A stretch of DNA of 61,871 nucleotides. Origin: an uncultured Eubacteriales bacterium (GTDB lineage: Bacteria > Bacillota > Clostridia > Christensenellales > UBA1242). The notes under the pieces are model-generated. The model worked only from the letters and a program-made list of their open reading frames with translations. It did no database searches and had not been told where the DNA came from. Positions within the stretch are counted from its first letter, which is position 1. Each line of letters begins with the position of its first letter. The stretch covers positions 1-61,871 of the forward strand of contig CARXKP010000003.1 of NCBI GenBank assembly GCA_949096025.1, read 5' to 3'. The translations under genes were made by a program, and so were the position numbers. Of the stretch, positions 25,258-34,407 are shown in pieces.

Positions 25258-26295
25258 TTATTGCTTTCTACTTTTTTCTCTTATGATTTTATTGCGAAGT
25301 TGTCCGCAAGCACCTTCTATATCTTCCCCCATAGTTCTACGAACTGTCGCACTGACCTTTGCCTCTTTTAAGTCATCTTCAAACTTATATGCTTCAAGTC
25401 TGCTGGTACCTTTTAAGTCACGCTCTTTAACTTCATTTAGAGGAATGATATTGACGTGAGCATTCAATCCCTTTAAAATATTTGATAGCCTTTTTACATC
25501 TTCCTTGCTATCATTAACACCTTTAATTAGAGTATATTCAAAATATATTCTTCTTCCTGTTTTATCATAATATCGTCTGCAAGCATCAACGATTTCTTTG
25601 ATTGAATATCTATTTGCAATCGGCATTACTTTCTTTCGCTTCTCATCAAGCGTTGCGTGTAAAGAGATTGTAAGAGAAATATTATAATTTTTGCTAGCAA
25701 GCAAGTCTATTTTATCTACAAGACCACAAGTAGAAAGTGATATATTTCTTTGGCTAATATTTAGGCCTTTATTTGCAGAAATTAAATCTATAAACTTACA
25801 AACATTATCAAAGTTATCAAGTGGTTCACCGCTTCCCATAAGCACAATATTAGTAATAAGCCGATTTTTTTCACTTCCACCAAGTTCTCTATTTATCAGT
25901 AGTACTTGACCAAGTATTTCACCTGCAGTCAAGTTTCTTGCAAGACCGTTAAGGGTTGAAGCACAAAATTTACATCCCATACGACAACCAACCTGAGTTG
26001 ATACGCAAAGTGTATAACCATACTTATATTTCATAAGAACACATTCAACAATATTTTTATCTGCAAATTCAACAATAAATTTTTGAGTTCCGTCACGACT
26101 AACTAATTTAGTCATTATTTTATAAGTTGGATAATCATCTGCAATTATTTCTTTAAGCGCTTTTGGAAGATTGCTAATCTCTTCCAAGGTTTTAGCGCTA
26201 TAGATTGCATTAAAAATTTGTTCGCCTCTAAACAAAGGCAAACCAATCTTTTTTACATAGGTCTGAATTTCAGAAAATGAATAATCACTAAGCAT
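25258..26295 (-). CDS. rlmN: 23S rRNA/tRNA (adenine-C2)-methyltransferase RlmN (radical SAM)
   Basis: CVSTQVGCRMGCKFCAS radical-SAM cluster, MGSGEPL, C-terminal GACGQL. Confidence 0.9.
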   Translation of the reverse strand: MLSDYSFSEIQTYVKKIGLPLFRGEQIFNAIYSAKTLEEISNLPKALKEIIADDYPTYKIMTKLVSRDGTQKFIVEFADKNIVECVLMKYKYGYTLCVSTQVGCRMGCKFCASTLNGLARNLTAGEILGQVLLINRELGGSEKNRLITNIVLMGSGEPLDNFDNVCKFIDLISANKGLNISQRNISLSTCGLVDKIDLLASKNYNISLTISLHATLDEKRKKVMPIANRYSIKEIVDACRRYYDKTGRRIYFEYTLIKGVNDSKEDVKRLSNILKGLNAHVNIIPLNEVKERDLKGTSRLEAYKFEDDLKEAKVSATVRRTMGEDIEGACGQLRNKIIREKSRKQ

Positions 26296-27205
26296 TATTT
26301 ACCTTCTTAGACAATAGATTATTGTGACCATTTATAAAATCACGCCCACTAACAGTTTTTCCTGATGGAGCCTTGCAAGAGCACACCTCAACCGCACCAT
26401 CTTTGCAACCAATAACGAAACGCTTTTTATTGTTTAAAATAAAACCTTGCTCAACCTGACATTCTCCGCTAACGTCTTGCAATCTTTCAACTTTTACTAG
26501 CATATCATCAATAAAGAAATATGTGCCTATTGTTTCAGATAGAGCCCTTACTCTATTTACTAAATCTTTTGGCAAGTTGCCAAAATCTAGTTTTCCATCT
26601 TCCTTATTAAATTTTTGAACCAAAATTGCTTTTTCGTGGTCTTGTGGAGTAAATTCTATTTTCCCTTTTTCGTAATTGTTAATTACCTCGCATATCATTT
26701 CTCCACCAAGAATACCTAATTTTTCTTCAAGTTCTTTGTAATACTCACCGTTTAATTCAATTCTTTTCTGAATTATAATATCACCAGAGTCAACAGCCTG
26801 AGCAACTTTCATAATAGTTACACCAGTTTCTTCGTCACCATTTAAAATAGTTGTCTGAATAGGCGACGCTCCTCTATATTTTGGAAGAAGAGAAGGATGA
26901 ACATTGATACAAAGTTTTAAATCCAAAAATGAATTTGGAAGTATTTGACCAAATGATGCAACAACAGAAATATCAAAATCAATCTCTTTTATCTCTTCAA
27001 TATGTAACTTAATTTTATCAAAAGTTTTTACATCAATTCCTTTTTCTCTAGCAAAAACATTTACCTCTGTTGGTAAAAACTTATGACCACGTCCAGAGGG
27101 TTTATCAGGCTGAGTAATAACACAAGAAACATTAATCCCGCTATCAAGCATCTTTTCAAGAACAACTTTTGAAAAATGAGAACTGCCCAAAAATAATACC
27201 TTCAT
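26288..27205 (-). CDS. fmt: Methionyl-tRNA formyltransferase
   Basis: Track ORF trimmed to the ATG at 27205, preceded by AAGGAGATTT. MKVLFLGSSHFS..., NVHPSLLPKYRGASPIQ. Confidence 0.9.
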   Translation of the reverse strand: MKVLFLGSSHFSKVVLEKMLDSGINVSCVITQPDKPSGRGHKFLPTEVNVFAREKGIDVKTFDKIKLHIEEIKEIDFDISVVASFGQILPNSFLDLKLCINVHPSLLPKYRGASPIQTTILNGDEETGVTIMKVAQAVDSGDIIIQKRIELNGEYYKELEEKLGILGGEMICEVINNYEKGKIEFTPQDHEKAILVQKFNKEDGKLDFGNLPKDLVNRVRALSETIGTYFFIDDMLVKVERLQDVSGECQVEQGFILNNKKRFVIGCKDGAVEVCSCKAPSGKTVSGRDFINGHNNLLSKKVNNA

Positions 27206-27299
27206 AAATCTCCTTAAAATAAAAACAATGTAAATAATTAATTTAAAAAACGCATTTTTCAGCATTTTTATCAATAATTTTGTTCATTTTTATTATATT

Positions 27300-27773
27300 T
27301 TATATTTTTCCACCATTTTTTATATACTTATCTTTATCTATACTCTTGTCTACAAATAATACCCCATCAAGGTGGTCGACTTCGTGACAAATACATCTCG
27401 CAAGCCATTTTTCTCCAGTTAATGTAAACTCATAGCCAAACCTATCTTGCGCTTTTACAGTAACTGTCATTGGTCTTTCAACTCGCCCTCTAAATTTTCC
27501 TACAGAAAGACATCCCTCTTCTTCAACATCTTTGCCCTTTGTTTTTATAATTTCTGGGTTAACAAGTTCATAAAAAGCATTATTAACTTCCATTACTACA
27601 ACTCGTCTTAACACTCCAACTTGAGGTGCTGCAAGCCCCATTCCATCACAATGAAACATTGTTTCTTTCATATCATCAAGAAGTTCCCAAAGCCCCACGT
27701 CAAAATCTTTTACTGGCTTAGACTTCTTTCTTAAGTTTTCTTCACCTATCTTTACTACATTTCTTATAGCCAT
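27300..27773 (-). CDS. def: Peptide deformylase
   Basis: GLAAPQVG, EGCLS, HEVDHLDG. Confidence 0.95.
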   Translation of the reverse strand: MAIRNVVKIGEENLRKKSKPVKDFDVGLWELLDDMKETMFHCDGMGLAAPQVGVLRRVVVMEVNNAFYELVNPEIIKTKGKDVEEEGCLSVGKFRGRVERPMTVTVKAQDRFGYEFTLTGEKWLARCICHEVDHLDGVLFVDKSIDKDKYIKNGGKI

Positions 27774-27797
27774 AGCATTTCTCCTTACTTTAATCCG

Positions 27798-29969
27798 TTA
27801 TGATAAATTTTGTGGATTAACCTCAAAAAACACTGAGGTTTTCGACGCCCTGTCCACGATCCTGAATATTCTATTTTCTATTTCATCCGCTTTTGCAAGT
27901 TTCATACGCATCATAATTTGATAACGATATTTATCTTGAATACGTTTAATCGGCGACTTCATAGCATCGAGATAAATAATCTCATCACCATATTCATTTT
28001 CAAAGCCTTCTATTTCAGTATAACATATTTTTAGTAGTTCTCGCACATAATTTTCATCATAATCACTAAAAAGAACTCTCAAAATGCGCGTAAAAGGCGG
28101 AAACTGTGCTGTTTGACGAATGTTAATCTCTTTTTTATAAAATCCCTTATAGTCATAATTTGCTGCAAACTTATATACATAATGTCTTGGACTATAAGTT
28201 TGCAAAACAACTTTGCCCTCATTTACACTTCTTCCAGCTCTGCCCGCAACCTGCGTTATAAGTTGAAAAGTACGCTCTGTTGAACGGTAATCAGTATGGT
28301 ATAAACTTTGATCAGCATCAACAATACCTACAAGCGTAACATCCTCAAAATCGTGTCCTTTAGCAATCATTTGTGTACCAACAAGTATTGCAGGTTTTGA
28401 AACTTTAAATTCATTCAAAATCTTTTGATGAGCATTTTTTGTTGAGGTTGTATCATTATCCATTCTTAAAATTTTTACTTCAGGAAAGTATTCTTTAAGT
28501 TTCGTTACAATTTGCTCAGTTCCAACAGCACCATACTTTATTTTATCACTTCCACAGTTTGGACACTTAGACAAAACCTTAAACTGTTTTCCACAATAGT
28601 GACATTTCAATCTGTTATCTTCTCTATGATAAACTAAACTTACATCACAATCACTACATTTTGCGATATAACCACAATCTCTACATCTCATAAAAGATGA
28701 GTAACCTCTACGATTTATAAAAATCATTGCCTGTTTTTTGCCATTTATTACATTTGCTAAATCTGCAAGAAGTTGATTTGAAAATATACTACTATTGCCT
28801 CTTCTTATTTCTTCCATCATATCCACAATCTGGACTGGCGGAAGAGGTCTACCATTGGCTCTAAGTGGAAGTTCTATAAGTTCAAATTCACCATCTTTTG
28901 CATTTTTATAAGTTTCTATAGAAGGAGTTGCACTACCAAGAACAAGTGGACAACCATTAAATCTCGCCCTAAACTGGGCAACATCGTGTGTATCATAACG
29001 AGGATTTGATTCGGAAATATAACTCGCCTCGTGCTCCTCATCAATAATAATCATCCCTAAGTTTTCAAGAGGCGCAAAAATGGCAGAGCGTGCTCCAATA
29101 GCAATCTTTGCTTCACCTGAAAAAAGCCTTTTCCATTCATCAAATCTCTCTCCTGCAGAAAGTCCACTATGAAGAAGTGCAACAGAATCTCCAAATCGCC
29201 CCTTAAAGTTGGACATTATTTGAGGCGTAAGCGATATTTCTGGCACAAGCATTATCGCATTTTTTCCCTCGGTAAGTGTTCTTTCTATAAGATTCATATA
29301 TATTTCAGTCTTTCCGCTACCTGTAACCCCGTGCAAAAGATATGTTTTATTTTCGCGTATTTTAGTAATCGCATCTTTTTGACTATCGTTAAGTTTAACT
29401 CTTTTATCTTTATCTACGATGATAAAAGGAGAGCGTTTTACCTCTTCATAACTTTTTTGTATGTAACCTTTCAAAAGCAAAGCCTTAATAGCGCTATAAC
29501 CAAATTTTTCTCCGAGTTCTATTGCCGACTGTTTTCCATTTTTTAAAGCCTCAACAATTTCAAATTGTTTTTTAGCAGATTTTGATAGTGTAATCTGAAC
29601 ATCTGGGACAAGTAAATAATATGTTTTAAAAAGTTCTTTAACCTTTCCTTCTCTCATTTCAGACGGTAAAAACAGCCTTAAAATAGACGCTAGTTTTAAA
29701 TGGTTTTTATCCGCCATAAATTCCATTAGTTTAAGCATTTCTGGCTTAATTGCTGAGAAATCTTCGATTTTACTAATTATACTTTTTAATTTTGCTTTAT
29801 CATATTCGCAGTTTTCATCAATGCCAATAATAAAACCCTGTAAAACACGACTGCCCAAAGGAACATAGACTCTCATTCCTATGCTTAAATCCATATCGTC
29901 TGGAATTATATATTCAAAAACCCTGTCAAGAGCTTTTGCATCTTGGTCAATGATTACTTGGGCGTACAC
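27798..29969 (-). CDS. priA: Primosomal replication-restart helicase PriA
   Basis: Walker A GVTGSGKTEIY, DEEH, and the Cys-rich zinc insertion (C.DCG....C..C...L..H......L.CHYCG). The likely start is the GTG at 29969, 5 nt after GGAGAA; the track start at 29996 is a GTG without an SD. Confidence 0.9.
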   Translation of the reverse strand: MYAQVIIDQDAKALDRVFEYIIPDDMDLSIGMRVYVPLGSRVLQGFIIGIDENCEYDKAKLKSIISKIEDFSAIKPEMLKLMEFMADKNHLKLASILRLFLPSEMREGKVKELFKTYYLLVPDVQITLSKSAKKQFEIVEALKNGKQSAIELGEKFGYSAIKALLLKGYIQKSYEEVKRSPFIIVDKDKRVKLNDSQKDAITKIRENKTYLLHGVTGSGKTEIYMNLIERTLTEGKNAIMLVPEISLTPQIMSNFKGRFGDSVALLHSGLSAGERFDEWKRLFSGEAKIAIGARSAIFAPLENLGMIIIDEEHEASYISESNPRYDTHDVAQFRARFNGCPLVLGSATPSIETYKNAKDGEFELIELPLRANGRPLPPVQIVDMMEEIRRGNSSIFSNQLLADLANVINGKKQAMIFINRRGYSSFMRCRDCGYIAKCSDCDVSLVYHREDNRLKCHYCGKQFKVLSKCPNCGSDKIKYGAVGTEQIVTKLKEYFPEVKILRMDNDTTSTKNAHQKILNEFKVSKPAILVGTQMIAKGHDFEDVTLVGIVDADQSLYHTDYRSTERTFQLITQVAGRAGRSVNEGKVVLQTYSPRHYVYKFAANYDYKGFYKKEINIRQTAQFPPFTRILRVLFSDYDENYVRELLKICYTEIEGFENEYGDEIIYLDAMKSPIKRIQDKYRYQIMMRMKLAKADEIENRIFRIVDRASKTSVFFEVNPQNLS

Positions 29970-30021
29970 TAAATTTCTCCAAGCAAAGTTTATCACATAA
30001 AAAATAAAAAAGCAACCAAAT

Positions 30022-30049
30022 AAAAAAGGCCGAACAAGTCCAGCCTTTT
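30022..30049 (-). terminator. Terminator after the 1340-aa surface-protein gene
   Basis: On the minus strand: AAAAGGC-12 nt-GCCTTTT followed by TTATTT. Confidence 0.6.
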
Positions 30050-30057
30050 AAAATTCT

Positions 30058-33000
30058 TTAATCCCTTTTATTGTAATCACTGCCAAGAGTAAAAGGTTCA
30101 TTATCAAGTATAAGTCCGCCTATCCAAGTAAGTCCATTTGGAAGAGGTTTTCCATTATACATTGTCCAATTTGAAAAATCCGCTCCTCCTTCATAATAAT
30201 ACTTATTTCCACCTGCAATATAAATAGTACTTATAACCTTGCTTACAGAATTATATAGAGAAATATCGGAATTACATTCAGCATAACAATCAGTGATAGT
30301 TGTAGTACTACCAGAACCTAATAAAATTTTACCATTTGTTATCGAACCGATAAAAGCACTATTTTTTATGCTTGATGCTAAACTGCTATACCCCATAATT
30401 CCTGCAATCAACGTTCCGTCAGCGCCATTATTTCCAACAATATTACATTGAGATATACAATCTGTTATAGTTGATGCAACATCGTCTGCTCCACCAATTA
30501 TGCCTCCAACATTTTCTCTGCCTGTGATGTTGCCGTGATTATAACATTTATTTACTGTAACACCATCACCTTGTCCAATCATTCCACACGATTGGTCGCC
30601 TATTACATTTACATAACTTACGCAGTTTTCAATAAGTCCAGTACTTGCAAATCCTACAAGTCCACCTATACGTTTGTATCCTGTCACGCTTCCAGTTGAA
30701 AGATTGACATTTTTTATAGTCGCTCCAACGGTATAACCAAATAAACCTACATTATTAAATAACTGCCTTCCACTTGCATTTATCTGAGAGTAAAATTTTA
30801 TTCCTGAGATTGAGTACCTTTGTCCGTCATAAACTCCTCTAAATGCCTTTTGTCGATCTCCTTCTGGGTTTGTTTCTATAGTATTTCCTCCGATTGGTAA
30901 CCAGTAATGTGCCGATAAATTTATATGCGCGGTTTGTTTATAAAAAGCATTTGTATAGTGTCCATTTACATTTTCTTCTTGAACCTTTAATGAAAGGAAT
31001 GCTAAATCTCCAGCAGTTGCAATTATGTATGGATTCGACTCAGTTCCTTCTCCAGCTAAACTGATTGAAGCATAGTCAGCCCAAGTTGTCTGCCATTGAG
31101 CTGTTAATATAATATCTTCAGCATATCTCGATGACGGAACCGTTCCTCCATCTTTATATGTATAACCATTCTTATTATCTGTCCAATACATAAATATCTT
31201 GCCAGGTCTTATAAATGTACAGGAAGGAAGTGTAACAGAATTTGGAAAAGTATATTCAATTTCACTCATCGAACCGCCATTTCCACCATTATTGTCAAAG
31301 TTAATCTTATACTTGTTAGCTTCCCACTTAGCATACAAGATTGTAACAGTTGTTTCCTTCCAAACTTGAGCACCTTTTGCTATATTCTCCCTTGCTTCTT
31401 TGCCGTTATAATACTGTTTCCCATTACCATTTGTTTGAGTGAAATATCCTCTAAATGTATAGCCTCTTCTTGTTGGTGGTGTAATATTAGGAGGCATTGC
31501 ATCATAAGCTATGTCTACACTCGTTGTTCCTGCAGTTGTAGCAGATTGATTATCAAGTGTAACCTTGTAAGTATTTGGTGTCCAAATAGCAGAAAATACT
31601 TTCTTAGAACTATCATCTCCGAGATATGAAACTGTCATACTTAACTTTCCGTTTGTTGCTACATACGTTGTTCCATTATGTTCCCAACCAACTAATGTAT
31701 AACCTGTTCTTGTTGCAACAGGGAATTCAAATATCGAACCCACTTCAATACCGTTTTGTTGACCTAAGGGACCTTCGCCACCATTATAGTTAAATTCAAA
31801 ATCATATTTCAATCCTGCAAGCATATATAAATTTAAATGTAATGCTGGACGAACGGCAGCTGAAGATGACACTGTTAATGAAGAAACATAATCTCCTTTT
31901 ACCGACAAATTACGAGTAGAGATAAAATCTGTATTGCTTGCAGAACGTATCATTGAACTATTATACAAAATATTATCAGTATTAGAGGTTCCAACTTTAG
32001 CAGATATGCTACTTGTCGAACCATTAAAGTTTGCTCTTTGGTTATTGTTTAAACCCCATAAACCAGCATTTCCATCATATCCCACCTCATAACGACTAGG
32101 AAGCCAAAGTTTATCATATTTCCAAATATCATTATTCGATTTATGTGCATAGTTATATAAACTTGAATAAAAGCCGTCGTCACTTACACCTGTAGACCAG
32201 TTTTCATTTGAACAATTATAATTAGTACCAGTACCTTTTGAATTTTGTCCGCTTTCTTGCCAAGACACTTGTTCTGGAGTGACTATATATTTAGTTACAT
32301 TACCAGCAACAGAATCATTTGTAAAAATTGCAAATGGGCTTGATATTTTATTCCCTCCCGAAGTAGCATTTGTTCCATCACTTGTATAGTATCCATTTTG
32401 ACTATTTAATGTTACATATCGCACATAACTTTTTCCATACATATTTGAAGGACCACTTAATGTCGCATCTGAACTTAACCAATTTGCTGACCAATCTGAA
32501 TATAATCCTCCATTGTAGAATCCGTGATATTGACCCAAACTATCATTTCTTCCTAACCAAGCCTCTTGATAATTATTATCAAGCCAAAGAGTAAGTATTG
32601 GTTGACCTAGTTTATCTGTTGAAAGATACATCACCTGCCAATCAAGTCCACCAAATCTTACAATAATGTCTTGACCGCTTGATTTTAATGTTGTACCAGT
32701 TCTCATATCGGCTGAAGTTCTTATACTTGTTGCTTGAGAAACAAGCGTTGTTAAATTTGTTGTTGATGACGAACTATTATCAGTCACCATTTGTAAAAGT
32801 CTATTTGCATTCGTTGTCTTTATTTCACTTCCTGTCCATATTTCATCTACTTTAGCAGCATTTTTGTTGACAAGATTAATGGTATTCGCCGCCGCTTCTT
32901 TTAAATTTAAGTGCAATGCGGGACGAACGGCAGCTGAAGATGACACTGTTAATGAAGAAACATAATCTCCTTTTACCGACAAATTACGAGTAGAGATAAA

Positions 33001-34080
33001 ATCTGTATTGCTTGCAGAACGTATCATTGAACTATTATACAAAATATTATCAGTATTAGAGGTTCCAACTTTAGCAGATATGCTACTTGTCGAACCATTA
33101 AAGTTTGCTCTTTGGTTATTGTTTAAACCCCATAAACCAGCATTTCCATCATATCCCACCTCATAACGACTAGGAAGCCAAAGTTTATCATATTTCCAAA
33201 TATCATTATTCGATTTATGTGCATAGTTATATAAACTTGAATAAAAGCCGTCGTCACTTACACCTGTAGACCAGTTTTCATTTGAACAATTATAATTAGT
33301 ACCAGTACCTTTTGAATTTTGTCCGCTTTCTTGCCAAGACACTTGTTCTGGAGTGACTATATATTGGGTCACATTTTCTGCGACTCTACTCATAGTAAAT
33401 TTTGCGAAAGGACTTGATGAAGTTTGAGATGCACTTGCAGAAGAAGTTCCTGTTGAATAATTAAACCACATTGAATTTGCATTATTCAAAGTAACCATCT
33501 TTACATAACTTCTTCCATACATATTGGAAGGATATAAACCTGACACACTAGTGCTTGACCAATTTGCAGAAAAATCTGAATATAATCCTCCATTGTAGAA
33601 TCCGTGATATTGACCCAAACTATCATTTCTTCCCGCCCAAGCTTTTTGATAGTTGTTTGTAAGCCATAAGGTTAAAATTGGATTGCCTGACTTATCTGTT
33701 GAAAGGTACACAACTTCCCAGTCAAGCCCAGCAAATCTGACAACTATATCTTTGCCACTTGTCTTTCCTGTCGTTCCGCTACGCATCGCCTCTGCCGTTC
33801 GCTTGCTTGATGCTAGTGAGTTTATCATTGACATATTTGTGCTTGAAACCGAACTATTATTTGCAACCATTCGCAAGAGTTGATTAAAGTTTAAGCCATC
33901 AAAAGCACTGCCATTCCAGATTTCGTCCACTTTTACAAAGCTTAATGTATCGATATTTGTTATGGCATTAGTGGAAGTTCTTTTTATTAGACCAAACATA
34001 TCAAGGCCAAGCAATAAACTTGACATAGCAAAAAGGATGCAACAGATTATTACAGATATTTTTCTTATTAATTTCATCAT
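30058..34080 (-). CDS. Large secreted/surface protein (1340 aa): signal peptide, two tandem about 358-aa modules ending in a DUF6273-like ...VRPALHLNL segment, three Listeria-Bacteroides (Flg_new) repeats, C-terminal GLUG-motif repeats
   Basis: SD is GAGGGAGGTGA-ATG. The signal sequence is MMKLIRKISVIICCILFAMSSLLLG. Flg_new modules include TRTGYTLVGW, RRGYTFRGYF and YKINFDNNGGNG. GLUG-like segments include GLFGYTVGATIKN, IGGLVGFASTGLIENC and VGGIIGG. Domain names are from motif memory. Confidence 0.85.
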   Translation of the reverse strand: MMKLIRKISVIICCILFAMSSLLLGLDMFGLIKRTSTNAITNIDTLSFVKVDEIWNGSAFDGLNFNQLLRMVANNSSVSSTNMSMINSLASSKRTAEAMRSGTTGKTSGKDIVVRFAGLDWEVVYLSTDKSGNPILTLWLTNNYQKAWAGRNDSLGQYHGFYNGGLYSDFSANWSSTSVSGLYPSNMYGRSYVKMVTLNNANSMWFNYSTGTSSASASQTSSSPFAKFTMSRVAENVTQYIVTPEQVSWQESGQNSKGTGTNYNCSNENWSTGVSDDGFYSSLYNYAHKSNNDIWKYDKLWLPSRYEVGYDGNAGLWGLNNNQRANFNGSTSSISAKVGTSNTDNILYNSSMIRSASNTDFISTRNLSVKGDYVSSLTVSSSAAVRPALHLNLKEAAANTINLVNKNAAKVDEIWTGSEIKTTNANRLLQMVTDNSSSSTTNLTTLVSQATSIRTSADMRTGTTLKSSGQDIIVRFGGLDWQVMYLSTDKLGQPILTLWLDNNYQEAWLGRNDSLGQYHGFYNGGLYSDWSANWLSSDATLSGPSNMYGKSYVRYVTLNSQNGYYTSDGTNATSGGNKISSPFAIFTNDSVAGNVTKYIVTPEQVSWQESGQNSKGTGTNYNCSNENWSTGVSDDGFYSSLYNYAHKSNNDIWKYDKLWLPSRYEVGYDGNAGLWGLNNNQRANFNGSTSSISAKVGTSNTDNILYNSSMIRSASNTDFISTRNLSVKGDYVSSLTVSSSAAVRPALHLNLYMLAGLKYDFEFNYNGGEGPLGQQNGIEVGSIFEFPVATRTGYTLVGWEHNGTTYVATNGKLSMTVSYLGDDSSKKVFSAIWTPNTYKVTLDNQSATTAGTTSVDIAYDAMPPNITPPTRRGYTFRGYFTQTNGNGKQYYNGKEARENIAKGAQVWKETTVTILYAKWEANKYKINFDNNGGNGGSMSEIEYTFPNSVTLPSCTFIRPGKIFMYWTDNKNGYTYKDGGTVPSSRYAEDIILTAQWQTTWADYASISLAGEGTESNPYIIATAGDLAFLSLKVQEENVNGHYTNAFYKQTAHINLSAHYWLPIGGNTIETNPEGDRQKAFRGVYDGQRYSISGIKFYSQINASGRQLFNNVGLFGYTVGATIKNVNLSTGSVTGYKRIGGLVGFASTGLIENCVSYVNVIGDQSCGMIGQGDGVTVNKCYNHGNITGRENVGGIIGGADDVASTITDCISQCNIVGNNGADGTLIAGIMGYSSLASSIKNSAFIGSITNGKILLGSGSTTTITDCYAECNSDISLYNSVSKVISTIYIAGGNKYYYEGGADFSNWTMYNGKPLPNGLTWIGGLILDNEPFTLGSDYNKRD
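31847..32291 (-). repeat. Copy 1 of a 445-bp perfect direct repeat (coding)
   Basis: Checked line by line and found identical to 32921..33365. The offset is 1074 nt, which is 358 codons. It encodes YIVTPEQVSWQESGQNSKGTGTNYNCSNENW...SSAAVRPA. Confidence 0.85.
32921..33365 (-). repeat. Copy 2 of the 445-bp perfect direct repeat (coding)
   Basis: See 31847..32291. The flanks diverge sharply at both ends. Confidence 0.85.
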
Positions 34081-34303
34081 TCACCTCCCTCAAGCCTTAC
34101 GCTTGGCGACTATCGTATATTAATTTACATACTCTAAATACTTAGCATTCCCCAAACCTTACACTTAGCGAGCAAGTAAATGTTGCACGACTGTCGTTAA
34201 GTTCGCTATAAACGCTATAAATTAGTTTGTTTATTTTAGGTTTTTTTATTAAAATATATAGCCTGTCACCTCCGCCTAAATTACACTATATATTTATACC
34301 TTA

Positions 34304-34333
34304 ATTTTACCCCCCCCCACGACTTTTTGTCAA
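34304..34333 (-). promoter_or_regulatory. Sigma-A type promoter of the 1340-aa surface-protein gene with a G9 tract in the spacer
   Basis: On the minus strand: TTGACA (34333-34328), aaaagtcgt, GGGGGGGGG (34318-34310), TAAAAT (34309-34304). The spacer is 18 nt. Confidence 0.6.
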
Positions 34334-34387
34334 ATATTTACAATAAATAATTAATTATTTAATAAAAAAACATACTTTTATAAAAAA

Positions 34388-34407
34388 TAAACGCATATTT
34401 GCGTTTA
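34388..34407 (-). terminator. Terminator after kdgK
   Basis: TAAACGCA-tat-TGCGTTTA overlaps the kdgK stop and is followed on the minus strand by TTTTTTAT. Confidence 0.55.

Noticed and set aside
34081-34404. I considered an invertible promoter element (cwpV-like) upstream of the 1340-aa surface gene.
   Set aside because: The repeated motifs are in direct, not inverted, orientation. No flanking inverted repeats or site-specific recombinase gene were found. The G9 spacer tract is the better-supported variable element.
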